64,000 nt of DNA, from NCBI GenBank assembly GCA_965207075.1, contig CBDBLO010000002.1, forward strand, positions 480,001 through 544,000, given 5' to 3'. This document shows positions 47,323-57,134 of the stretch, piece after piece. The position numbers and the translations under genes are program-made. Origin of the DNA: Nitrosopumilus sp. Lineage in GTDB: Archaea; Thermoproteota; Nitrososphaeria; Nitrososphaerales; Nitrosopumilaceae. The notes below the pieces were generated by a model. That model did no database searches. It worked only from the letters and a program-made list of their open reading frames with translations, and was not told the DNA's origin. Positions within the stretch are counted from its first letter, which is position 1. The number at the start of each line of letters is the position of its first letter.

Positions 47323-48372
47323 ATGGTAAAGGTCGGCGTCGTGGGCGCGTCAGGGTACGTTGGCGGTGAGACCCTCAGGCTGCTCGTCACGCACCCGAAG
47401 GCGGAGATCATGATGGTGACGTCCAGGCAGCACGTGGGCGAGTACCTGCACAGGGTGCAGCCGAGCCTCAAGGGGTTCACCGATCTGGTGTTCTCCGAGA
47501 TGGACTATGACAGGGTGGCCGACAAGTGCGACCTGGTATTCACGGCGGTCCCGCACGGGACGGCCACTGAGATTGTAAAGGCGCTGTACGACCGCGGCGT
47601 CAAGATAATAGACCTGAGCGCGGACTACAGGCTGCACGACCAGGAGGGATACGACAAGTGGTACGGGTGGGAGCACCCGCACCCGGACTATCTCCCCAAG
47701 TCCGTATACGGCGTGCCGGAGCTCCACCGGGACGCCATAAGGGACGCGCAGCTGGTGTCCTGCCCCGGATGCATGGCAGTCACCTCGATGCTGGCGCTCG
47801 CGCCGCTGGTCAAGAACGACATTATAGACACCGACCACGTCGTGGTGGACTCCAAGATAGGCTCGTCGGGGGCCGGCTCGGGCTCGGGAACCGCCCATGC
47901 GATGAGGGCCGGCGTCATCAGGCCCTACAAGCCCGCAAAGCACAGGCATACCGGCGAGATCGAGCAGGAGCTCAGCGAGGTTGCGGGGCGCAAGATCAGG
48001 GTGTCGATGTCCCCGCATGCAGTCGACGTCGTCAGGGGCATACTGTGCACCAACCACACGTTCCTGACAAAAGACGTGAACGAGAGGGATCTGTGGAAGA
48101 TATACCGCTCGGCATATGGCGACGAAAAGTTCGTGAGGCTCATACGCGACAAGAAGGGGCTCTACAAGTTCCCCGACCCAAAGTTCTTGGTGGGCTCGAA
48201 CTTTTGCGACATCGGGTTTGACATAGACGAGGACAACGGCAGGCTGGTGTCCCTCTCGGCATCCGACAACCTCATGAAGGGGGCTGCCGGTTCCGCCATA
48301 CAGAACATGAACGTCATGTGCGGCTTTGACGAGTCCGAAGGGCTGCTCCACACGCCACTGACCCCGGTCTGA
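47323..48372 (+). CDS. lysY: LysW-aminoadipyl/glutamyl-phosphate reductase (LysY/ArgC)
   Basis: GASGYVG, DLSADYRL, YGVPEL, PGC and DNLMKGAAG. Start placed at ATG 47323. Confidence 0.93.
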   Translation: MVKVGVVGASGYVGGETLRLLVTHPKAEIMMVTSRQHVGEYLHRVQPSLKGFTDLVFSEMDYDRVADKCDLVFTAVPHGTATEIVKALYDRGVKIIDLSADYRLHDQEGYDKWYGWEHPHPDYLPKSVYGVPELHRDAIRDAQLVSCPGCMAVTSMLALAPLVKNDIIDTDHVVVDSKIGSSGAGSGSGTAHAMRAGVIRPYKPAKHRHTGEIEQELSEVAGRKIRVSMSPHAVDVVRGILCTNHTFLTKDVNERDLWKIYRSAYGDEKFVRLIRDKKGLYKFPDPKFLVGSNFCDIGFDIDEDNGRLVSLSASDNLMKGAAGSAIQNMNVMCGFDESEGLLHTPLTPV

Positions 48373-48575
48373 CCGCCTACGGGCCGGCGTTCGGCGGCAG
48401 GAACCGCATGCAGGCCCTGCCGGCGCGGTGCGCGTGGGACTTTGTGACGGCGCGTACTGCAAGAAGAATACCCGCCATGAGTCCGAGGCAGCATGCCGCA
48501 ACCACGTGCCCCGTATCTGTAGCCAAGGTGTACGCACCGTTATTATTGACGGCGCGGCGGGGGACACAATAGAAG

Positions 48576-49376
48576 ATGATCACCATAAAGATCGGAGGAA
48601 GCGTGGTCGACGAGATGCATCCGTCGGCCGTGTCCGACATCAAGAAGGTGGCCGAATGCGAGAGCGTCATTATAGTCCACGGCGGCGGCAAAGCCGTGAC
48701 AAGCGTATGCGAGCAGATGGGAAGCGAGCCCAGGTTTGTGACCTCCCCGAGCGGGATCAGGAGCCGGTACACCGACAGGGAGACTGCACGCATATTCACG
48801 ATGGTAATGTCCGGAATGGTGAACAAGGAGATAGTCAGGCTGCTCCAGCAGAACGGGATAAACGCGGTCGGGCTCTCCGGGGCAGACGCCCGCACCATAA
48901 GGGCGAAGCGCAAAAAGAGGCTCATAATAGTAAACGAAAAGGGGCGCAAGCAGGCGATCGACGGCGGGTATACGGGCAAGATATCGGAGATAAACTCGGG
49001 GTTCATCAAGGGCCTGCTCGGGCAGGGAATCGTCCCGGTGATATCGCCAGTCGCCATAAGCGAGGAGTACGAGATGCTCAACGTCGACGGCGACAGGGCC
49101 GCGGCAAACGTGGCAGGAGCCACCGGATCCGACAAGGTGCTCTTCATAACCAACGTGGACGGGCTGATGCTAGACGACAGGCTTGTGACAGGCATGTCGA
49201 GGCAGGAGGCGCGGGATGCAATGCCAAAGATAGGGCCCGGCATGGAGAAGAAGGTGCTGGCGTCTACCGAGGCCATCGACATGGGGGTCCGCACCGCGCT
49301 TATTGCAAGCGGGCGGCGCGAAAACCCCATATCAAGGGCCATAGCAGAAGAGAACTGCACGGTGATCAGGAAGTGA
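48576..49376 (+). CDS. lysZ: LysW-aminoadipate/glutamate kinase (LysZ/ArgB)
   Basis: IKIGGS, VHGGG, SRYTD, LNVDGDRAA and GMEKK motifs. Confidence 0.93.
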   Translation: MITIKIGGSVVDEMHPSAVSDIKKVAECESVIIVHGGGKAVTSVCEQMGSEPRFVTSPSGIRSRYTDRETARIFTMVMSGMVNKEIVRLLQQNGINAVGLSGADARTIRAKRKKRLIIVNEKGRKQAIDGGYTGKISEINSGFIKGLLGQGIVPVISPVAISEEYEMLNVDGDRAAANVAGATGSDKVLFITNVDGLMLDDRLVTGMSRQEARDAMPKIGPGMEKKVLASTEAIDMGVRTALIASGRRENPISRAIAEENCTVIRK

Positions 49377-50623
49377 CTGACAACAGCAGCAGCAACAGCA
49401 GCGGTGGCGGCGAGAGCGGCCGTGGCAATGACAGCAACAGCAGCATCCGCGCCGAGGACGCATACATGGGCGGGCTATACCAGAGGTTTCCCGTCACAAT
49501 CGAGAGGGGCCAGGGGGCAGAAGTGTGGGATACTGACGGCCGCCAGTACATAGACTGCATGGCAGGGTACGGGGTGGCGCTGCTGGGACACCGCAACAGG
49601 CGCGTCACGGACGCCATAACCGAGCAGGTAGGCAAGATAATCACGGTGCACAGCTCCCTGTACAACCCGACCCGGGAAAAATTCCTCGAAAAGATTACGG
49701 GGCTGGCGCCGGAGGGGCTAGGGCAGGTGCACCTCAACAACAGCGGGGCCGAGGCAGTCGAGGCCGCGATAAAGTTTGCAAAAAAGTACACGGGGCGCAA
49801 GAAAATGATAGCCATGAAGGGCTCGTACCATGGAAAGTCGCTGGGCGCGCTCTCGATCACGTTCGGCCCAAAGTACCGCAGGCCGTTCGAGCCCCTCGTC
49901 GAGGGGGCGGAGTTCACGCCATTCGGGGACGCCGACGCCCTGCGCCAGGCTGTGGACGACGACACCGCGTTTGTGATTATGGAACCCATCCAGGGCGAGA
50001 GCGGCATACACGTCGCGCCGCCCGGGTTCCTGCAGGAGGCAAGGCGCATATGCGACGAGCGCGGGGCCCTGTTGGTGTTTGACGAGATACAGGCCGGGCT
50101 CGGCAGGACTGGAAAGCTGTGGGCCTGCCAGCACTGGGGCGTGGCGCCGGACATACTGTGCCTTGCAAAGGGCATCGCCGGCGGCGTCCCGATGGGCGCC
50201 ACGCTTGCCAGGCCGGAGATAGTCGGAGCAATGTCGAAGGGGGAGCACTCCTCGACATTCGGGGGCAACCCCCTCTCGTGCGCGGCGGGCATCGCCACGC
50301 TGGACGCCCTGACGCAGGACGGCCTGGTAGAGAACTCTGCGGCGGTGGGCAAGGTATTTGCAGACGGGCTCCTGGGCCTCAAGGAGAGGCACCCCCGCAT
50401 GATCAGGGACGTGCGCGGCAGGGGCCTCATGATAGGCGTGGAGCTAAAGTTCGAGGTGAGGAGGATACTGGAGAGGCTGATGGACCGCGGCATACTGATG
50501 CTGTACTCGGGCAGGAACATACTGAGGATACTCCCGCCGCTTGTCATATCGGAGGGCCAGGCGGCAAAGGTTTTAGACGGGCTCGACGCCGTACTGGCCG
50601 AGGAGCAAAGGGACAGGACGTGA
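49373..50623 (+). CDS. lysJ: LysW-semialdehyde aminotransferase (LysJ/ArgD)
   Basis: NSGAEAVEAAIK, EPIQGE, FDEIQAGLGRTG, AKGIAGG and TFGGNPL. GTG 49373 overlaps the lysZ stop codon. Confidence 0.93.
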   Translation: MTDNSSSNSSGGGESGRGNDSNSSIRAEDAYMGGLYQRFPVTIERGQGAEVWDTDGRQYIDCMAGYGVALLGHRNRRVTDAITEQVGKIITVHSSLYNPTREKFLEKITGLAPEGLGQVHLNNSGAEAVEAAIKFAKKYTGRKKMIAMKGSYHGKSLGALSITFGPKYRRPFEPLVEGAEFTPFGDADALRQAVDDDTAFVIMEPIQGESGIHVAPPGFLQEARRICDERGALLVFDEIQAGLGRTGKLWACQHWGVAPDILCLAKGIAGGVPMGATLARPEIVGAMSKGEHSSTFGGNPLSCAAGIATLDALTQDGLVENSAAVGKVFADGLLGLKERHPRMIRDVRGRGLMIGVELKFEVRRILERLMDRGILMLYSGRNILRILPPLVISEGQAAKVLDGLDAVLAEEQRDRT

Positions 50624-50657
50624 CTATGATGGCAACGACGCGAACCGCGCGGGAGGC

Positions 50658-51095
50658 GTGCCGCTGATGGCGCAGCCGCCCGGCGACAGGATAGACAGGG
50701 ACATAATACGCGCGCTCAGGGCCAACTCGCGCGAGTCGTTTGTCGATCTGGGAAAAGAGATGGGCCTCTCCGAGTCGGCCATACGCCGGCGAGTCAGGAA
50801 CCTGCTTGACGCGAAGGTAATCTCGAGGTTCACCATCGAGATGGGGGAGTCGGATCAGACTAGCGCCATAGTGCTCGCGTCGCTCGACTCTACCACGGAC
50901 AACTCAAGGGTGGCCGCCCGGCTGGCAAAGCTGGAGGAGGTGCAGGTAGTGTACGAGATCACGGGCCAGTACGACATTGCAGCAGTAATCAGCGCCCCGA
51001 ACATGGCCGACATCAACAGTGCGATTGACACGCTTAGAAAGATACGCGGCGTGACCGACACGAATACCGTGATAATACTCAACAAGGTAACATAG
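50658..51095 (+). CDS. lysM: Lrp/AsnC transcriptional regulator (LysM-like)
   Basis: HTH LSESAIRRRV and RAM domain YEITGQYD; located inside the lys cluster. Confidence 0.85.
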   Translation: MPLMAQPPGDRIDRDIIRALRANSRESFVDLGKEMGLSESAIRRRVRNLLDAKVISRFTIEMGESDQTSAIVLASLDSTTDNSRVAARLAKLEEVQVVYEITGQYDIAAVISAPNMADINSAIDTLRKIRGVTDTNTVIILNKVT

Positions 51096-51208
51096 ACGAT
51101 ATCCGCCTTGGATGTCTACGCATGTGCCGAATATCGTCTTGATATAGTATGATATCATCGAATCATGTACGATTATGCTTATATTCCCATGATCGGACAT
51201 CGTCACAC

Positions 51209-52489
51209 ATGGCAAGGAGGAAGGCGCAGCCCGCGGCGGGCAAGAGGACCGCGCCGAGGACCGGACAGTCCGCGCCGCAGGAGGCCGACCCCAACGCCCA
51301 CGCGTACTCTTACAATGCGCGGGGGCTGGAGGAGAGGACGGGCCGGCCCGCCGGGGACGGCGGGGGCGGAAAGATACGCGTCCTTGACAGCACCCTGAGG
51401 GAGGGCGAGCAGCATCCCGGGGTCTCGTTTACAAACAAGCAGCGGATCCAGATCGCGTGGATGCTGGACTACTTTGGGGTTGACCAGATAGAGATATCGC
51501 CCGTGATATCCGACGACCACAGGGAGGCCACTAAGACCATCATAAAGCAGGGGCTGCAGGCCGACATAGTGTCGCACGGCAGGGCCATCAGGGAGGACAT
51601 CGACGTGTCGATCGGATGCGACGCAAAGTGGTGCGCCGCGTACCTCGGGGTATCCGACGTCCACCTCCGCGACAAGCTCCGCATAACGCGCCAGGAGGCA
51701 GCGCGGCGCGCAGTCGACACCGTGGAGTATGCAAAAAAGCACGGGCTGAGCATCAGGTTTACCGTGGAGGACGGCAGCAGGGCAGACCCCGAGTTCCTCA
51801 TGTCGCTGTGCAGGCAGATAGAGGAGGCAAAGGTGGACAGGATCAGCCTGCCGGACACGGTGGGGATAATGCACCCGGCCGGAATGTACGAGTTTGTAAA
51901 GTACGTGAGAAGCGAGATCAGCGTGCCGCTTGACGTCCACGTCCACAACGACATGGGGCTTGCAGTGGCAAACGCCCTGTCCGCGTGCGATGCGGGGGTC
52001 GACCAGATACACACTACCATTGACGGGATTGGCGAGAGGACGGGCATACCGCCGCTGGCAGAAGTGGCCGTGGCCCTCACGTACCTGTACGGCTCGGGCA
52101 ACGACTTTAGGCTCGACATGCTGCAGGACCTCTCAAGGCTGATCGAGGACTATACCGGCATGCCCCCGTACGACTCAAAGCCGGTGGTGGGATCGTCGGC
52201 GTACAAGCACAAGGCCGGCACGCACCTGGCCGCCATACTGAGAAATCCCGCCGCTTACGAGCCCATACCCCCGAGAGCGGTGGGCAACAGGAGGAGGATA
52301 GTGTTCGGCGGGCTGGCGGGAAAGACCGGCGCCGCGTACCTGATGTCCCTGCTGGGACTCGAGACGTCGGGAGGCGACAAGCAGGCGAGGGCCGTGGCGG
52401 CGGGACTCAAGGGGCTCGGACTGGGTGACCTGATCGACCTGCCCGTCGACGACAGGCTTGAGAGGAAGATGACAGGCACGGACAAGTAG
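51209..52489 (+). CDS. Homocitrate synthase / LeuA-family DRE-TIM enzyme
   Basis: DSTLREGEQ, PDTVG, HVHNDMG, GIGERTG and HKAGTH; lys cluster context. Confidence 0.85.
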   Translation: MARRKAQPAAGKRTAPRTGQSAPQEADPNAHAYSYNARGLEERTGRPAGDGGGGKIRVLDSTLREGEQHPGVSFTNKQRIQIAWMLDYFGVDQIEISPVISDDHREATKTIIKQGLQADIVSHGRAIREDIDVSIGCDAKWCAAYLGVSDVHLRDKLRITRQEAARRAVDTVEYAKKHGLSIRFTVEDGSRADPEFLMSLCRQIEEAKVDRISLPDTVGIMHPAGMYEFVKYVRSEISVPLDVHVHNDMGLAVANALSACDAGVDQIHTTIDGIGERTGIPPLAEVAVALTYLYGSGNDFRLDMLQDLSRLIEDYTGMPPYDSKPVVGSSAYKHKAGTHLAAILRNPAAYEPIPPRAVGNRRRIVFGGLAGKTGAAYLMSLLGLETSGGDKQARAVAAGLKGLGLGDLIDLPVDDRLERKMTGTDK

Positions 52490-52497
52490 TTCGGGGC

Positions 52498-52546
52498 AGA
52501 GAAGAAGAAGAAGAAGAAGAAGGAGGAGGAGGAGGAGGAGGAGGAG
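52498..52546. repeat. Purine microsatellite (GAA)n-(GGA)n
   Basis: Read directly between hcs and lysW copy 2. Confidence 0.95.
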
Positions 52547-52645
52547 AGAAAGCATGGACGGCATGCGACAAATCCGGCGCGCAACACGACTCCGTCCTTC
52601 TGACGGATCGCAACTGTGATAAACACGTAATGGGAGACTGGATGC

Positions 52646-52813
52646 ATGTCAAACTGCGAGGAATGCGATGCAGAGATCCCCGTTCCGGCCGATGCGTTAG
52701 AGGGAGAGATTGTTACGTGCCCCGAATGCGGCGCAAGCTTTGAGCTTAAGACTGGTGCGAACGGTTTTGATCTCAGGCCAGCTCAGACGGTCGGCGAGGA
52801 TTGGGGGCAGTGA
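52646..52813 (+). CDS. lysW: Amino-group carrier protein LysW, copy 2 (ends EDWGQ; not in the ORF track)
   Basis: Manual translation MSNCEECDAEIPVPADALEGEIVTCPECGASFELKTGANGFDLRPAQTVGEDWGQ. Confidence 0.93.
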   Translation: MSNCEECDAEIPVPADALEGEIVTCPECGASFELKTGANGFDLRPAQTVGEDWGQ

Positions 52814-53712
52814 ATCCTGACATTACCGTTCTTTATGATACCATCCGATGGGAGGAAAAAGCCCTATTGGAGGCAGGCAGGAAGGCGGACATCAACGTAC
52901 GCATGCTTGATTGCAGAAGCCTAGCGCTGGACATCGGGTCGGGAGGCGGCGGTGGCAACAGCCACGATGGCGGCGGCGCCCAGCACACGGATCCCGCCTC
53001 CGAGTACGGGACCATACTGCAGAGATGCGTCAGCTACTACAGAAACCTCCACTCTACTGCCGCCCTCGAGGGGCTGGGCGCCAGGGTGGTCAACTGCCTG
53101 CAGACCGGCATCTTGGCGGGAAACAAGCTCTTCACCCACATGCTCCTTGCAAGGGCCGGCGTGCGGACGCCGCGCGCGACGGTGGCGTTCTCAAAGGATG
53201 CGGCCCTGTCGCACTTGAGGGAGACCGGCCTTCCGGCCGTGATCAAGCCGACAGTCGGCAGCTGGGGCAGGCTGGTCTCAAAGCTGACCGACATGGACGC
53301 GGCAGAAGGGATCATAGAGGGAAGGGAGTCCATGTATCCGATACACCACACCCACTACCTGGAGGAGTTCGTCAAGAGGCCCCCGAGGGACATCAGGGCC
53401 ATCGTGGTCGGGGACGAGGTCGTGGCGGCCATATACAGGACGTCGGAGGGGGACAACTGGAAGACCAATACGGCGCTCGGCGGCAGGGCCGACCCGTGCA
53501 AGGTGACGCAGGAGATGGAGCGTATATGCGCAAAGGCAAAGGAGGCCGTGCACGGCGACATAGTCGGGGTGGACCTCATGGAGGACGAGTCGCGCGGACT
53601 TGTGGTGCATGAGATAAACAACACGACGGAGTACAAGAACACCGTCAGGGTATGCAACGTGGACATACCGAAGATGATGCTAGAGTTTGCTGTAAGAGAG
53701 CAGAGGAAGTGA
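52810..53712 (+). CDS. lysX: Alpha-aminoadipate-LysW ligase
   Basis: YDTIRWEEK, KPTVGSWGR, AAIYR...WKTNTALGG (LysX-type) and HEINNTTE. Confidence 0.85.
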   Translation: MNPDITVLYDTIRWEEKALLEAGRKADINVRMLDCRSLALDIGSGGGGGNSHDGGGAQHTDPASEYGTILQRCVSYYRNLHSTAALEGLGARVVNCLQTGILAGNKLFTHMLLARAGVRTPRATVAFSKDAALSHLRETGLPAVIKPTVGSWGRLVSKLTDMDAAEGIIEGRESMYPIHHTHYLEEFVKRPPRDIRAIVVGDEVVAAIYRTSEGDNWKTNTALGGRADPCKVTQEMERICAKAKEAVHGDIVGVDLMEDESRGLVVHEINNTTEYKNTVRVCNVDIPKMMLEFAVREQRK

Positions 53713-54899
53713 CGCATGTGGATTCGCCGGCAACAGAGGAAGCAACGACGATGCGGGACGCGACGGCACCTGTTGCAGAAAGATACGAGACTAGGATGCT
53801 CAAAGAGGCCCTCAACCTGTATACGCTCTCCAAGCACGAGGGGCCCATGGCGGAGTTCCTGGTCGCAAAGTGCGGCGAGCTGGGGTTCGAGGACGTCCGA
53901 GTCGACGAGGTGGGAAACGTCATTGCCAAGAGGGGGAGCGGCTCGCCCAACATCATACTGTGCGGGCACATGGACGTAGTGCCCGGAAAGGTGCCGGTCC
54001 GGGTAGAGGGAGATTGCATGTACGGACGCGGGGCGTCTGACGCAAAGGCCCCCCTGATGGCTATGCTCTTTGCAGCCGCCGGAATGCCGGAGGGCAGCGG
54101 CACCATAACGTTTGTCGGCGCCATAGACGAGGAGGGAAACGCGACTGGGATCAAGAACCTGGTACAGGAGAGGATGGACGCCGACTATGCCATATTCGGC
54201 GAGCCAAGCGGCATCAGGCAGGTCACAATAGCGTACAAGGGAAGGCTTGCCATAAACCTCCGGGTGCGCTCAAAGGACAGCTCGCACGCAAGCGCGCCGT
54301 GGCTCTCAAAGAACGCCATCACCGAGTCCATGGCCTTTGCGACAAAGCTCAAGGAGGAGCTGGAGGGCGGCCAAGAGGGAAAGAGCAAGGGGGCCATACT
54401 GACTGCCACCATAACGATGATCAAGGGCGGCACGAGCCACAACGTCACGCCCTCTGAGTGCGAGACGATATTTGACATCCGGATACCGGTGGGCGGCAGC
54501 TGCAAGGAGACCGAGCGGCGGGTCGCGACCCTGGTCCGCGAGGCCGGCCGGCAGCTCGGGGTCGACCCGTTCTATTCCATACTGGACGAGACCGAGCCCT
54601 TTGAGGCCCCGCACAACTCGCCTCTGGTCAGGGCCTTTACACTAGGCATACTGGAGATGGAAGACGAGCGCCCGCTGCTTGTCCGAAAGACCGGGACGGG
54701 CGACATGAACGTGCTCGGATACCAGTGGAAGATACCCGTCGTGACGTACGGCCCCGGCGATCCGCACGAGTCACACACGAGAGACGAAAAGGTGTCGATA
54801 ACCGAATACCTCCGGGGGATCGAGATACTAAAGGTGACCCTCAAAAAGCTAAAGGTCCTTCACGACAAAAAGGTGGCAAGAGAGGCGAGGTCGGGGTAA
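53709..54899 (+). CDS. lysK: LysW-lysine/ornithine hydrolase (LysK/ArgE, M20 peptidase)
   Basis: GHMDVV, GRGASDAK, DEE, GEPSG, KTGTGDMN and YGPGD motifs. The start is 53709 or 53751. Confidence 0.92.
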   Translation: MTHVDSPATEEATTMRDATAPVAERYETRMLKEALNLYTLSKHEGPMAEFLVAKCGELGFEDVRVDEVGNVIAKRGSGSPNIILCGHMDVVPGKVPVRVEGDCMYGRGASDAKAPLMAMLFAAAGMPEGSGTITFVGAIDEEGNATGIKNLVQERMDADYAIFGEPSGIRQVTIAYKGRLAINLRVRSKDSSHASAPWLSKNAITESMAFATKLKEELEGGQEGKSKGAILTATITMIKGGTSHNVTPSECETIFDIRIPVGGSCKETERRVATLVREAGRQLGVDPFYSILDETEPFEAPHNSPLVRAFTLGILEMEDERPLLVRKTGTGDMNVLGYQWKIPVVTYGPGDPHESHTRDEKVSITEYLRGIEILKVTLKKLKVLHDKKVAREARSG

Positions 54900-56119
54900 T
54901 GCTCTGGCTTGTCGGGATGGGCATATCAGGGGCGGAGTCCATACCGATGGGGGGCGCCACAGCACTGCGCGGGGCAGACGTGATATATGCAGAGCAGTTT
55001 ACAAGCCCGACGCCACGGACGGTGTCGCCGGACAATACGGACGGCCTCACCGCACTCGCACGTGACATTGCAGGGGGCGGCGGCGACGACGGCGGCGGCA
55101 GTAGCAGCCGCAGCCGCGCCGAGATAAGAGACGCGAAGAGGTGGATGGTTGAGGACGGGGCCCAGATACTGAAGGAGGCAGAGTCAAGGAACGTGGTCCT
55201 GCTGTCGTACGGAGATCCGCTGGTCGCAACCACCCATGCAGAACTGCTCTGCAGGGCCGCAAGGCAGGGCATCGACACCTGTGTCATACACGCCTCTTCG
55301 GCGCCCTCCTCGGTTGTGGGTCAGTGCGGCCTGCACCACTACAAGATGGGCAGGATGGCCACCGTAATGAGGGATCCAAAGTCGATGACCACCCCCTACT
55401 ATACGATATACAAGAACCTGATAGAGCGGTGCCATACGATGCTCCTGCTCGAATACGACCGCGAGGGCACGGAGCTGGACGGCCCCGGGGACTTCTTTCT
55501 AGAGCCGGCCGACGCGCTTAGGATGCTCCTAAATGCGGAGGAGGGCCAGCAAAGGGGCGTGGTGTACGGCGACACGTATGCCATAGTAGCGTCAAGGGTG
55601 GGGTTCGGGGACCGGCAGCAGCGCATAGTGGCCGGAAAGGTATCAAGTCTGGTCGCAAGGGAGGGGTTCGGGAGCCCGCCCCACAGCGTGATCATCCCAG
55701 GCAGGTTGCACTTTACGGAAGCCGACGCCCTGGACACGCTGGCCGAATGCATCGATCCACCCCCCCGCGCAGACGGCGATTCGGCACGACGGCCGCAGGA
55801 GGGGGGGGATGCGCCGTGGCGCGGCGGGCCCAACGCCCCTGCCCGCATATCAGAGCAGATGGTTGCAAAGTACGCCCCGATGATAAGGAGATCGATAGAG
55901 GAGGTCTCGGCGCGCTGCGCAGGCGACAGCGCAATGAGCGGGATTCTGGAGAACGCCAGGTTGTACGTGAATGACGCGGAGGATTTCATAAGAAAGGAGG
56001 GACACGGAGATGTGGCAGTATTGAGCATAGGGTACGCCGACGGCCTAGCCGACGCGCTCAGGCTGCTAAAGGGGCTTGAGACCGGAGACAGGGCCGACGA
56101 GGCAAAGGCAGAACTGTGA
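54899..56119 (+). CDS. dph5: Diphthine synthase with a C-terminal DUF357-like domain
   Basis: LVGMG, GDPLVATTH, GLHHYKMG, HTMLLL, PPHSVIIPGRLHFTE; tail NARLY..DAEDF...SIGYADGL.DALR. Confidence 0.92.
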   Translation: MLWLVGMGISGAESIPMGGATALRGADVIYAEQFTSPTPRTVSPDNTDGLTALARDIAGGGGDDGGGSSSRSRAEIRDAKRWMVEDGAQILKEAESRNVVLLSYGDPLVATTHAELLCRAARQGIDTCVIHASSAPSSVVGQCGLHHYKMGRMATVMRDPKSMTTPYYTIYKNLIERCHTMLLLEYDREGTELDGPGDFFLEPADALRMLLNAEEGQQRGVVYGDTYAIVASRVGFGDRQQRIVAGKVSSLVAREGFGSPPHSVIIPGRLHFTEADALDTLAECIDPPPRADGDSARRPQEGGDAPWRGGPNAPARISEQMVAKYAPMIRRSIEEVSARCAGDSAMSGILENARLYVNDAEDFIRKEGHGDVAVLSIGYADGLADALRLLKGLETGDRADEAKAEL

Positions 56120-56213
56120 AGGTGGAGCCAGGTCGTATTGCAGGGACGATGTTAGCAGCGGCAGCAGCAATAACAGCGGCGCTGCCCCCACCGACATGTA
56201 AGCCCCCTCCCCC

Positions 56214-57134
56214 TCATTCGGGCAGTATCTCAACCGTAACGTCCGACCCGTCGGAGATCCTTGTGGCCTCCCGTATGCAGACGGCAGATATCAGCTCGAT
56301 TATCGAGTCGTCATGATGCGTCCTCTCCAAGGTGATTAAGTCACACTGCACCTCGGCTGCCTTGGAGTCTGCCGTGTCGTCGTCGCCGGCGGCGCCTGCC
56401 CGAAGCAGGGCCGGATAGCATCTTGCCCATCCGTATGTGCGCCGCCCGTCAGAAAAGCTGTCGATCATCCTGCCCGCGCGCTCGGCCTTTAGTCTCCTGA
56501 CTGCCTCCATGTACCTGCGGCCACCCAGGCGCACATTGAGTGTTCCCGGAAAGGGCACGTACCCTATCTTTGAGCGGAACTGCCGCGTGTATCCGTCGAG
56601 CGTCATATAGTATGCGCCCTCGCCCATCCCGGAGACCAGCACGCCGGACAGGGTTATTCGCGCGGGATCTGCAGAATCGACGGGTGCGATGCTGTCCCTC
56701 AGCACGGATGAGAGCCTTTCAAGTTCCTCGAACCCGCGCCGCGTGACGCGGACGGACGTATGGCTGCCGCGACTGGCCGCGCCACCGCCGCCGCCGCCGG
56801 TTGGAGTAGGCGGCCCGCGCTCTATCAGGCCGTCGCGCTCCAGATCCGCAAGGTGCCTTGAGGCGGACTGCTGTGACTTTGAGATTTTGCGCCCCAGCTC
56901 CTTAGTGGTCATCTCCACGTAGTTGTGCCTCGCGCCCCTCGAGAGGAGGTATGCAAGCGTGGTGATGTGATGGACGTGCAGCCTGCCGGTGTCAAGCGTT
57001 GGTACATCGCGCACGCCGGCGCCGTTTTTGGAGCCGGGTCTTACAGAATGCCTGCCGTCGACGGGGGACTGCCGTCGTCTTTTGTCGATGCTGGCGCCGC
57101 CGCCCCTTCTTTTGTCTCTGCTGTCGGCGCTCAA
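56214..57134 (-). CDS. ribK: CTP-dependent riboflavin kinase with an N-terminal winged HTH
   Basis: SQQSASRHL, VSGMGEGAYY, PFPGTLN and ERTHH motifs. Confidence 0.92.
   Translation of the reverse strand: MSADSRDKRRGGGASIDKRRRQSPVDGRHSVRPGSKNGAGVRDVPTLDTGRLHVHHITTLAYLLSRGARHNYVEMTTKELGRKISKSQQSASRHLADLERDGLIERGPPTPTGGGGGGAASRGSHTSVRVTRRGFEELERLSSVLRDSIAPVDSADPARITLSGVLVSGMGEGAYYMTLDGYTRQFRSKIGYVPFPGTLNVRLGGRRYMEAVRRLKAERAGRMIDSFSDGRRTYGWARCYPALLRAGAAGDDDTADSKAAEVQCDLITLERTHHDDSIIELISAVCIREATRISDGSDVTVEILPE

Noticed and set aside
48428-50623. 731-aa ORF suggesting a large N-terminal fusion to LysJ
   Set aside because: The first 315 codons are an off-frame shadow over lysZ. The real gene starts at GTG 49373, overlapping the lysZ stop.
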